Source: Rhodobacter capsulatus SB 1003
GTDB taxonomy: Bacteria > Pseudomonadota > Alphaproteobacteria > Rhodobacterales > Rhodobacteraceae
Assembly (NCBI RefSeq): GCF_000021865.1
Contig: NC_014034.1
Span: forward strand, 2,940,001 to 2,972,000
DNA: 32,000 bases
Direction of reading: 5' to 3'
Both the position numbers and the translations under genes were made by a program. The notes under the pieces are model-generated. The model ran no database searches. It was not told where the DNA came from and saw only the letters and a program-made list of their open reading frames with translations. This document shows positions 25,684-32,000 of the stretch, one piece after another; position 1 is the stretch's first letter, and every line of letters begins with the position of its first letter.

Positions 25684-25854
25684 ATGGTCCCCGCGCCGCA
25701 GCCCTGCCCCTCTCCCTTCACCGCCCCCGCGGCGATGGAGGGGCGGCGCGCGGCGGCGGCGCATCGCAAGCCGATCCTGACCGGCTGTGCCGATCCCGAA
25801 TTCTTTTCCGAAGGCGTGCCGCTGGCCCGGCTGATGCCCGACCCCGAGGCGTGA
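25684..25854 (+). CDS. Candidate small ORF (56 aa) between the amidotransferase and the second GS-like gene
   Basis: ATG lies 2 nt after the upstream TGA. Third-codon positions are almost all G/C, like genuine genes here. No family recognised, and there is only a weak GGGG upstream. Confidence 0.3.
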   Translation: MVPAPQPCPSPFTAPAAMEGRRAAAAHRKPILTGCADPEFFSEGVPLARLMPDPEA

Positions 25855-25893
25855 CTGTCCGACTTCCCGCAAACACATTGGAAAGCGAAAGAC

Positions 25894-27261
25894 ATGTCAC
25901 GCAAATCTCCGGACTGGACCGCCCTTATCCCGAAAGCCGCCCGCGACTACATCGCCGGGCGCCGCCTTGACGAGGTGGAATGCATCGTCGCCGATATCGC
26001 GGGTGTTGCCCGCGGCAAGGCCATGCCCGCCTCGAAATTCGCCTATCAGGACCGCTTCTACCTGCCGAATTCGATCTTTCTGCAGACGATCACCGGCGAA
26101 TGGGCCGACAATCCGATGGGCGCCTTTACCGAGCCCGACATGGTGCTGACGCCCGACTGGTCCACCACCTCGGCCGCGCCCTGGACCGCCGACATCACGC
26201 TGCAGGTGATCCACGATGTCTTCGACCAGCAGGGCAACCCGATGCCGGTGGCGCCCAGAAACGTGCTCAAGCGCGTCGTCGCGCTTTACGAGGCCGAGGG
26301 GCTGAAGCCGATCGTCGCCCCCGAGATGGAATTCTTCCTGGTGGCGCGCAACCTTGACCCGAACCAGCCGATCATCCCGCCGATGGGGCGGTCCGGGCGG
26401 CGGGCGGCGGCGAAACAGGCCTATTCGATGAGCGCCGTCGACGAATACGGACCCGTCATCGACGACATCTACGATTTCGCCGAGGCGCAGGGCTTCGAGA
26501 TCGACGGCATCCTGCAGGAAGGCGGCGCGGGGCAAGTGGAGATCAACCTCGCCCATGGCGATCCGGTCGCGCTCGCCGATCAGATCTTCTACTTCAAGCG
26601 GCTGATCCGCGAGGCGGCTTTGCGCCACGATTGCTTTGCCACCTTCATGGCGAAGCCGATCGAGGGCGAACCGGGGTCTGCCATGCACATCCACCAGTCG
26701 GTGATCGATGCGAAGACCGGGCGGAACATCTTTTCCAACCCTGACGGCGGCGAAAGCGAGGCGTTTTTGCATTTCATCGCCGGGATGCAGACGCATCTGC
26801 CCGCGGTAGTGGCGCTGCTTGCGCCTTACGTGAACAGCTATCGCCGCTACGTTCCGGATTTCGCCGCGCCGATCAACATCGAATGGGGCCGCGACAACCG
26901 CACCACGGGGCTGCGGGTGCCGATCTCGGATCCGTCGGGGCGGCGGCTGGAAAACCGGCTCGCGGGGATGGATTGCAACCCCTATCTCGGCCTCGCCGCC
27001 TCGATGGTTTGCGGCTATCTGGGGCTGAAAGAGAAAAAGATGCCGCGGCCGGAATGTCAGGGCGACGCCTATATGGGCGAGACCGACCTGCCCTTCAATC
27101 TGGGCGATGCGCTGGATCTGTTTTCCGACAGCGGCCCGGTGCGCGAGGCTTTGGGGATCGAGTTCTGCACGGTCTACGAGGCGGTCAAGCGCAACGAATA
27201 CAAGGAGTTCCTGCAGGTCATCAGCCCGTGGGAACGTGAACACCTGCTCTTGAACGTGTGA
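25894..27261 (+). CDS. Glutamine synthetase family protein (gamma-glutamyl-amine ligase candidate), paralog 2
   Basis: 455 aa with APEMEFFL and MAKPIEGEPGSAMHIHQS. Clearly diverged from paralog 1. Confidence 0.88.
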   Translation: MSRKSPDWTALIPKAARDYIAGRRLDEVECIVADIAGVARGKAMPASKFAYQDRFYLPNSIFLQTITGEWADNPMGAFTEPDMVLTPDWSTTSAAPWTADITLQVIHDVFDQQGNPMPVAPRNVLKRVVALYEAEGLKPIVAPEMEFFLVARNLDPNQPIIPPMGRSGRRAAAKQAYSMSAVDEYGPVIDDIYDFAEAQGFEIDGILQEGGAGQVEINLAHGDPVALADQIFYFKRLIREAALRHDCFATFMAKPIEGEPGSAMHIHQSVIDAKTGRNIFSNPDGGESEAFLHFIAGMQTHLPAVVALLAPYVNSYRRYVPDFAAPINIEWGRDNRTTGLRVPISDPSGRRLENRLAGMDCNPYLGLAASMVCGYLGLKEKKMPRPECQGDAYMGETDLPFNLGDALDLFSDSGPVREALGIEFCTVYEAVKRNEYKEFLQVISPWEREHLLLNV

Positions 27262-27264
27262 CGC

Positions 27265-28572
27265 ATGGATCTGTTGCATGTGAATGATCGGGCGGGGGAA
27301 TACCCCGCCAGCTTCTACGCATCCACCCGTGACCCCGCACCCGAGCGCCCCGCGCTTCGGGGCGAGCTCCGCGCCGATGTCTGCGTGGTGGGGGGCGGCT
27401 ATACGGGCTTGTCGGCCGCCCTGCATCTGGCGCGGGCGGGGCGCAAGGTCGTCGTGCTGGAAGCACACCGGGCGGGCTTTGGCGCCTCTGGCCGCAACGG
27501 CGGGCAGATCGGCTCGGGGCAGCGGCTGGATGTCGGCACGCTGGAAAAGCTGGTGGGCCGGGAAAGGACGCGCAGGCTGTGGGACATGGCCGAGGAGGCC
27601 AAGGCCCTGACTTATGCCCTGGCCGATCAGGCGGGCGTGCCCACGCGGCGCGGCGTCGCCCATCTGGGCCGCAAGCGCGCCGAAGTCGCCTGGCTGCAGG
27701 AGGAGGCCGCGCATCTGGCCGCCCATTACGGCTATGACCGGATCGAGGTGCTCGACAAGGCCGCGGCGCAGGCGCTTGTCCCCTCGCCCGTCTACACGGG
27801 CGGCGATCTCGATCACGGCGCGGGCCATGTGCATCCGTTGAACCTCTGTCTGGGTCTGGCGCGTCTGGCCGAGGCGGCGGGCGCGGTGATTCACGAACGC
27901 TCCGCGGTGACCCGGATCACCCACGGGCCGCGCGCCGGGGACACCAGCCGGATCGAGACCGCCGCGGGCCATGTGATCGCCGATCATGTCGTGCTGGGGG
28001 CGAATGGCTATCTGGACCGGCTGGAGCCGCAGATCGCCGCGCGGGTGATGCCGATCAACAATTACATCGTCGCGACCGAGCCTTTGGGCGATCGTGTGCG
28101 CGAGGTGCTGACCCGCGACATCGCCGCCCATGATCTGAAATTCGTGGTCAATTACTGGCGCCTGCACGAAGACCGGCTGATCTTCGGCGGCGGCGAGACG
28201 GTCAGTTATCGCTTCCCCGCCGATATCGCCGCCAAGGTGCGCAAGCCCTTGGAAGAGGTCTATCCGCAGCTGAAAGGCGTGAAATTCACCCATGCCTGGG
28301 GCGGCACGCTGGCGATCACCGTGAACCGGATGCCCTGCTTTCGCCGTCCGGCGCCGAATTGCCTGTCGGCCTCGGGCTATTCCGGGCACGGGGTGGCGCT
28401 GGCGATCCATGCGGGCAAGCTGATGGCCGAGGCGATCACCGCGACGGGCGACGGTTTCGACGTGATGGCCAGCCTGCCGCAACCCACCTTTCCGGGCGGG
28501 GTGGCGCTGCGGTTTCCGCTGCTTCTGGCCGGGATGACCTGGTTTTCGCTGCGCGACCGGCTGGGCCTCTAG
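27265..28572 (+). CDS. FAD-dependent oxidoreductase (PuuB/PauB/DadA-like)
   Basis: VCVVGGGYTGLSAALHLA...GASGRNGGQ dinucleotide fold. 435 aa. Starts 3 nt after the upstream stop. Confidence 0.88.
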   Translation: MDLLHVNDRAGEYPASFYASTRDPAPERPALRGELRADVCVVGGGYTGLSAALHLARAGRKVVVLEAHRAGFGASGRNGGQIGSGQRLDVGTLEKLVGRERTRRLWDMAEEAKALTYALADQAGVPTRRGVAHLGRKRAEVAWLQEEAAHLAAHYGYDRIEVLDKAAAQALVPSPVYTGGDLDHGAGHVHPLNLCLGLARLAEAAGAVIHERSAVTRITHGPRAGDTSRIETAAGHVIADHVVLGANGYLDRLEPQIAARVMPINNYIVATEPLGDRVREVLTRDIAAHDLKFVVNYWRLHEDRLIFGGGETVSYRFPADIAAKVRKPLEEVYPQLKGVKFTHAWGGTLAITVNRMPCFRRPAPNCLSASGYSGHGVALAIHAGKLMAEAITATGDGFDVMASLPQPTFPGGVALRFPLLLAGMTWFSLRDRLGL

Positions 28573-28636
28573 GCGGCGCTTGGCCGCGTCGCGAAACTTT
28601 CACTTGGCGGGCGCGGGGCACGGGTCTAAAGCGTTT

Positions 28637-28653
28637 CTGAATGTCACATTCAG
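28637..28653. promoter_or_regulatory. Perfect 17-bp palindrome overlapping the aminotransferase SD (candidate operator or RBS hairpin)
   Basis: CTGAATGT-C-ACATTCAG, A/T-rich. The right arm abuts or overlaps AGGAAAG (28652-28658). Confidence 0.35.
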
Positions 28654-28664
28654 GAAAGCTGAAC

Positions 28665-29849
28665 ATGCCCCGCGACGGTCAGACCCCTCCGAATTGCTAT
28701 GATGCCGAACCGATCCCCGAGGCCGCCCGCGCCGAGATCGAGCGGCTGCTCGCCACCGGGGATCTGTTTCGCTACACCTCGGACAATGCGCCGGTCGCAA
28801 AACTGGAGGCCGAATTCGCCGAATTGATGGGGGTGCGTTACGCGGTCTGCGTCGCGTCGTGCTCGGCGGCGCTGTTCCTGTCGCTGAAAGCTTTGGACCT
28901 GCCGCGCGGCGCGCGCGTGCTGGTGCCCGCCTTCACCTTTGCCGCCGTGCCCTCGGCGATCGTGCATGCCGATTGCGAGCCGGTGCTGGTCGAGGTGGGC
29001 TCGAATTTCCGCATCGATCTGGACGACTTCCGCGCCAAATTCGACGACACGATCGCGGCGGTGATGATCAGCCACATGCGCGGCCACACCTCGGACATGG
29101 ATGTGATCCTGGAGCTGGCCAATGCGAAAGGCGTGCCGGTGATCGAGGATGCGGCGCATTCCTTGGGCACGCTCTGGCACGGGCGCAAGATCGGCACGAT
29201 CGGCAAGATCGGCTGTTTCAGCTTTCAAAGCTACAAGATGGTGAACGCGGGCGAAGGCGGCGTGCTGGTGACGGATGACCCGGAACTGGCGGCGCGGGCG
29301 ATCATCATGTCGGGCGCCTATGAGCAGAACTGGAAGAAGCACCCGGGGTTGCAGAACAGCTTCGTGCATTGGCAAAACAAGCTGCCGCTTTACAACACGC
29401 GGATGCAGAACCTCTCGGCCGCGGTGATCCGCCCGCAGCTGCCCGAGGTGGATCGGCGCGTCGCCGCCGGGCTGGCGAACCATGATTATGTGGCGGAAAA
29501 GCTGAACCAAAGCCCCTGGCTTGACGTGCCGCCGCCGCTGGCGCCCGAGACCCGCGCGCCCGACAGCCTGCAGTTCAATCTGGTGGGTGACTGGACCGAT
29601 GCCGAGGCGATCCGGCTGCAGGACGAGGCGAAAGCCCGCGGCGTTTCCGTGCAGGTCTTCGGGCTTTCGCCGGACAATGCCCGCGCCTTCTGGAACTGGC
29701 AGTTCCTGGGCGAACAGCCCGATCTGCCGAAGACCCGGGCGATGCTGATGCGCGCCTGCGACACCCGCCTGCCCGCGCGGCTGACCCGGCCCGAGCTGGA
29801 TTTCATCGCCTCCGCCATCGTCGAGGCGGCCGCGGCGGTCAAAGGCTGA
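28665..29849 (+). CDS. DegT/DnrJ/EryC1/StrS-family PLP aminotransferase
   Basis: ATG 28665 is preferred because of the AGGAAAG SD; the track start 28641 has none. Lys motif SFQSYKMVNAGEGG and the IEDAAHSLG block. Confidence 0.85.
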   Translation: MPRDGQTPPNCYDAEPIPEAARAEIERLLATGDLFRYTSDNAPVAKLEAEFAELMGVRYAVCVASCSAALFLSLKALDLPRGARVLVPAFTFAAVPSAIVHADCEPVLVEVGSNFRIDLDDFRAKFDDTIAAVMISHMRGHTSDMDVILELANAKGVPVIEDAAHSLGTLWHGRKIGTIGKIGCFSFQSYKMVNAGEGGVLVTDDPELAARAIIMSGAYEQNWKKHPGLQNSFVHWQNKLPLYNTRMQNLSAAVIRPQLPEVDRRVAAGLANHDYVAEKLNQSPWLDVPPPLAPETRAPDSLQFNLVGDWTDAEAIRLQDEAKARGVSVQVFGLSPDNARAFWNWQFLGEQPDLPKTRAMLMRACDTRLPARLTRPELDFIASAIVEAAAAVKG

Positions 29850-29854
29850 CACCG

Positions 29855-29960
29855 CGCCGCCCCGGTTCGGCGGGGGAAAGAGCGTATTTGGGCCAAGAAA
29901 AAACCCCGGGGCTTTTTCTTGGGAAAAATACGCTGGGGGGTATGGGGGGCAAACCCCCCC
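29855..29960. repeat. Composite palindromic intergenic element, copy 5 of 5
   Basis: GCCGCCCCGGTTCGGCGGGGG ... GCGTATTTGGGCCAAGAAAAAA-CCCCGGGGC-TTTTTCTTGGGAAAAATACGC ... GGGGGGCAAACCCCCCC. Fills the gap between two convergent stops. Confidence 0.85.
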
Positions 29961-29963
29961 GCC

Positions 29964-30383
29964 TCACATCCCCAGCCGCGCGATCTCGATTTTCGGGCAG
30001 CGGTCCATCACCACAAGCTTGCCCGCCGCCCGCGCCCGCGCCGCCGCCTCGGGGTGGATCACGCCGAGCTGCAGCCAGAGCACCCGCGCCTCGGGGCGGT
30101 GCGCCAGCATCTGATCGACCACCCCGGGCACGGCCTCGGGGGCGCGAAAGACATCGACCATGTCGATCACGATCTCTTTCGGGATCGCCGCCAGATCGGC
30201 ATGGACCGTCTCGCCCAGCGCCACCTGCCCGGCCAGCCCCGGATTGACCGGGATCACCCGGTAGCCGCGCGCCTGCAAAAACGCCGCCACCGCATGCGCG
30301 GGGCGGTCGGGATTGGCGGAAAAGCCCAAAAGGGCGATCGTGCGGGTCGCGGTCAGGATCTCGCGCAGCTCGGCATCCGTCAT
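29964..30383 (-). CDS. CoA-binding domain protein (YccU/YneT-like)
   Basis: Start at ATG 30381-30383 behind GGAGG. MTDAELREILTATRTIALLGFSANPDRPAHAVAAFLQARGYRVIPVNP. 139 aa. The 277-aa track ORF is an unsupported extension. Confidence 0.85.
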   Translation of the reverse strand: MTDAELREILTATRTIALLGFSANPDRPAHAVAAFLQARGYRVIPVNPGLAGQVALGETVHADLAAIPKEIVIDMVDVFRAPEAVPGVVDQMLAHRPEARVLWLQLGVIHPEAAARARAAGKLVVMDRCPKIEIARLGM

Positions 30384-30395
30384 CGGGCCTCCGGT

Positions 30396-30431
30396 CAGAA
30401 AAAGCGCCCGGACCACTTGGGCACCGGGCGC
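30396..30431 (-). terminator. Strong intrinsic terminator hairpin immediately upstream of the CoA-binding gene SD
   Basis: Minus strand GCGCCCGG-TGCCCAAGTGGT-CCGGGCGC-TTTTT, followed 5 nt later by GGAGG and the ATG. Confidence 0.6.
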
Positions 30432-30594
30432 GAAAGTGCGGAACGAGGGACAGTGACAGTCAACGCGGAGGTTCCGGATCCGCGTCTCACCACTGAGACA
30501 TAGGAATGTGAAAGCCGCGTTAAAGGGTCGCAGCCAAAGATTCCCGAAAAATCGCCCTTTCGTGATCTTGGCCGCCCTCTGTCGGCGGCCCCCG

Positions 30595-31389
30595 TCAGCC
30601 CTTCGTGCGGGCGCTGGTCGCGGCATAAAGCGCCACCGCCGCCGCATTCGACACGTTGAGCGAGCCGAAAGCCCCGGCAAAGGGGATCCGCACCAGATGA
30701 TCGCAGGTGGCGCGGGTTTTCTCGCGCAGGCCCGGGCCCTCGGCACCCAGAACGATGGCCACGGGCCGCGTGCCCACCTCGGCCAGCCCCTCGGCAAGCG
30801 TCATCTCCGCCTCGCCCGCCAGACCGATCAGCACATAGCCCATGTCGCGCAGCGCGCCCATCGCCTCGGAGAGGTTGGTGACGCGCAGATAGGGCTGGCG
30901 TTCCAGCGCCCCCGAGGCGGTCTTGGCCAGGGCCCCGGTTTCGGGCGCGGAATGGCGCGCGGGCGCGACCACGGCGCGGGCCCCGAAGACCTCGGCCGAG
31001 CGCAGGATCGCGCCGACGTTATGCGGATCGGTGACGCGGTCGAGCATCACGACGAGGGGCAGCCCCGCGCCGGTCAGCGCCACATCGGCAAGCTTGCCCC
31101 AGTCGAGCGGCTTCACCTCCAAAGCCGCGCCCTGATGCACCTGATCGGGGCCAAGCGGCACATGCGCGTCGAACTTGCGCGGATCGACGATCTCGGGCGC
31201 GAGCCCGCCCGCCGCGATCGCCTCGGCCAGCTTGTCGGCGGCGTTCTTCGTCAGCACGAGGCGCAGCTTCACCCGGGCCGGGTTCATCAGCGCGTCGCGC
31301 ACGGCATGCAGACCGAAAAGCCAGAGCGTTTCCGCCGCCGCCGCCCGCTTGGCGCGTTCCTTGTCGATCACCCAATCCGGTTTCTTCAT
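30595..31389 (-). CDS. rlmB: TrmH/SpoU-family 23S rRNA (guanosine-2'-O)-methyltransferase
   Basis: 264 aa with SpoU motifs (LDRVTDPHNVGAILRSAE, IVLGAEGPGLR, IPFAGAFGSLNVSNAAAVALY). SD GAGAGGTG. Divergent from tRNA-Tyr, as in many alphaproteobacteria. Confidence 0.85.
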   Translation of the reverse strand: MKKPDWVIDKERAKRAAAAETLWLFGLHAVRDALMNPARVKLRLVLTKNAADKLAEAIAAGGLAPEIVDPRKFDAHVPLGPDQVHQGAALEVKPLDWGKLADVALTGAGLPLVVMLDRVTDPHNVGAILRSAEVFGARAVVAPARHSAPETGALAKTASGALERQPYLRVTNLSEAMGALRDMGYVLIGLAGEAEMTLAEGLAEVGTRPVAIVLGAEGPGLREKTRATCDHLVRIPFAGAFGSLNVSNAAAVALYAATSARTKG

Positions 31390-31456
31390 CTTGCACCTCT
31401 CATGCGATCTCTGTGCGCTGCGGGGCAGGCTTTGGCAAGAGGGCGCAAAATGCTGC

Positions 31457-31485
31457 TTGACGCCCCCCGCCCCCTTCGTTACATC
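31457..31485 (+). promoter_or_regulatory. Candidate promoter of tRNA-Tyr
   Basis: TTGACG (31457-31462), a 16-17 nt spacer, then TTACAT/TACATC (31479-31485), about 10 nt upstream of tRNA position 1. Confidence 0.4.
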
Positions 31486-31495
31486 GCCCCACGTC

Positions 31496-31579
31496 GGGTG
31501 ACGAGCTGCAAGGTGCGGCAGCGGACTGTAACTCCGCCGGGGAGACCCACGCCTGGTTCGATTCCAGGGTCACCCACCA
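31496..31579 (+). tRNA. tRNA-Tyr (anticodon GTA), class II with long variable arm, CCA encoded
   Basis: Acceptor GGGTGAC/GTCACCC. D stem GCTG/CGGC. Anticodon stem GCGGA/TCCGC with loop CTGTAAC. Variable arm GGG-GAGA-CCC. T arm CCTGG-TTCGATT-CCAGG. Discriminator A plus CCA. Confidence 0.9.
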
Positions 31580-31671
31580 CTTCCCAAAGTGGTGAGGATA
31601 CCGACAGGCCCGCTTGTGCCGGGCGCAAATCCCGCTACTGTGACGCCATTGATTGCAGCAGGCGCGAGCAA

Positions 31672-32000
31672 ATGCAGCCGGATTACACTGTTTTCTTCAT
31701 CGTTCAGGCCGGGCGGCTCGAATATGAGGCGCTGATCTTCGTGGCCTCGTTCCGCGAGGCGAACCCCGATTTCAAGGGCCGTCTGATCGCCGCCGAACCG
31801 ACCGGGGCGAAATGGTCCACGCCCGTCGCGATCTCGGATCCGGTGCGCCGCTTCCTGCGCGATCATGGCGTCGAGATCCTGCCCTTCGAGAACCGCCATT
31901 TCGGCGAAAGCTACCCGCATGGCAACAAGATCGAGGCGATGGCCGCCCTGCCCGCGGGGCCCTTTGTCTTTTTCGACACCGACACGCTGTTTCTGGGCCC
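31672..32000 (+). CDS. Hypothetical protein, possibly nucleotide-sugar glycosyltransferase-like (partial, runs off the right edge)
   Basis: Open to the window end, so not in the track. MQPDYTVFFIVQAGRLEYEALIFVASFREANPDF...FVFFDTDTLFLG has a DxD-like motif. GC3 bias favours this frame over the antisense ORF 31570-31920. Confidence 0.55.
   Translation, partial: MQPDYTVFFIVQAGRLEYEALIFVASFREANPDFKGRLIAAEPTGAKWSTPVAISDPVRRFLRDHGVEILPFENRHFGESYPHGNKIEAMAALPAGPFVFFDTDTLFLG

Noticed and set aside
25684-25854. WhiB-like flavour of the small ORF (GCADPEFF resembles C..DPE.FFP of Wbl proteins)
   Set aside because: There are only two cysteines rather than the four-Cys cluster, the ORF is too short, and Wbl proteins are actinobacterial. 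I treat this as coincidence.
19828-29852. Long minus-strand ORFs 19828..21045, 20735..22636, 22543..23733, 23477..25510, 25897..28482 and 28650..29852
   Set aside because: All are antisense to well-supported ABC transporter, GS-like, oxidoreductase and aminotransferase genes. They are Arg/Gly/Pro/His-rich and span intergenic repeats.
30508-30523. CtrA-box-like sequence TTAACGCGGCTTTCAC on the minus strand
   Set aside because: The second half-site is TTCA, not TTAA, and it is a single occurrence. This is insufficient to call a CtrA site.
31570-31920. 116-aa minus-strand ORF overlapping the tRNA 3' end
   Set aside because: It overlaps tRNA-Tyr and has the wrong third-position bias. The + strand frame from ATG 31672 shows the coding signature and a DxD-like motif.
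1-32000. Search for CRISPR arrays, IS elements/transposases, integrases, prophage or toxin-antitoxin/defence modules
   Set aside because: No regularly spaced direct repeats, no terminal inverted repeats flanking a transposase-like ORF, and no recombinase or nuclease-type proteins were recognised among the credible CDSs.

Overview
High-G+C alphaproteobacterial chromosomal segment. The Rieske protein (TAT leader RRDFLY, cluster ligands at C133/H135/C138), a 437-aa cytochrome b and a 279-aa cytochrome c1 sit behind a MarR-type gene and an OmpR-type response regulator. This matches what I remember of the Rhodobacter capsulatus petP-petR-petABC (fbcFBC) locus, so I treat the window as R. capsulatus or a very close relative.

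Contents, left to right:
- Partial TerB/DUF533-like gene and RNase P RNA (rnpB).
- One minus-strand unit: gatC-gatA, an Excalibur-domain lipoprotein and an AmpD-type amidase.
- MBL-fold hydrolase and SRP RNA (ffs).
- An unknown sulfotransferase-like gene wedged between ffs and dnaX.
- dnaX-ybaB-recR, with a translationally coupled TfoX-N gene.
- GST, queG, a DMT transporter, a 64-aa ORF and ilvE.
- petP-petR-petABC, a TetR regulator and a TerB-family gene.
- A ~9.7 kb co-directional block: polar-amino-acid/opine-type ABC importer, two glutamine-synthetase-like ligases, a class I amidotransferase, an FAD oxidoreductase and a DegT-type aminotransferase. This looks like gamma-glutamylation-type amine catabolism.
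- CoA-binding protein, rlmB, tRNA-Tyr and a partial glycosyltransferase-like gene.

I see no transposase, integrase, CRISPR array, prophage or recognisable defence genes.

The material not explained by ordinary annotation is mostly non-coding:
- (i) Five copies of a composite palindromic intergenic element with GC clamps and an A/T-rich core. One copy pairs the permease Shine-Dalgarno motif.
- (ii) Two copies of a ~230-nt multi-hairpin element with compensatory base changes. This is a candidate structured RNA family.
- (iii) A strong intrinsic terminator 5 nt upstream of the SD of the CoA-binding gene. This implies an attenuator/leader or an sRNA.
- (iv) Several isolated A/T-rich palindromes at gene starts.

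The many long Arg/Gly/Pro/His-rich ORFs in the six-frame track are antisense or off-frame shadows typical of GC-rich DNA and are rejected. All family assignments come from motif recognition by eye and memory; no searches were run.
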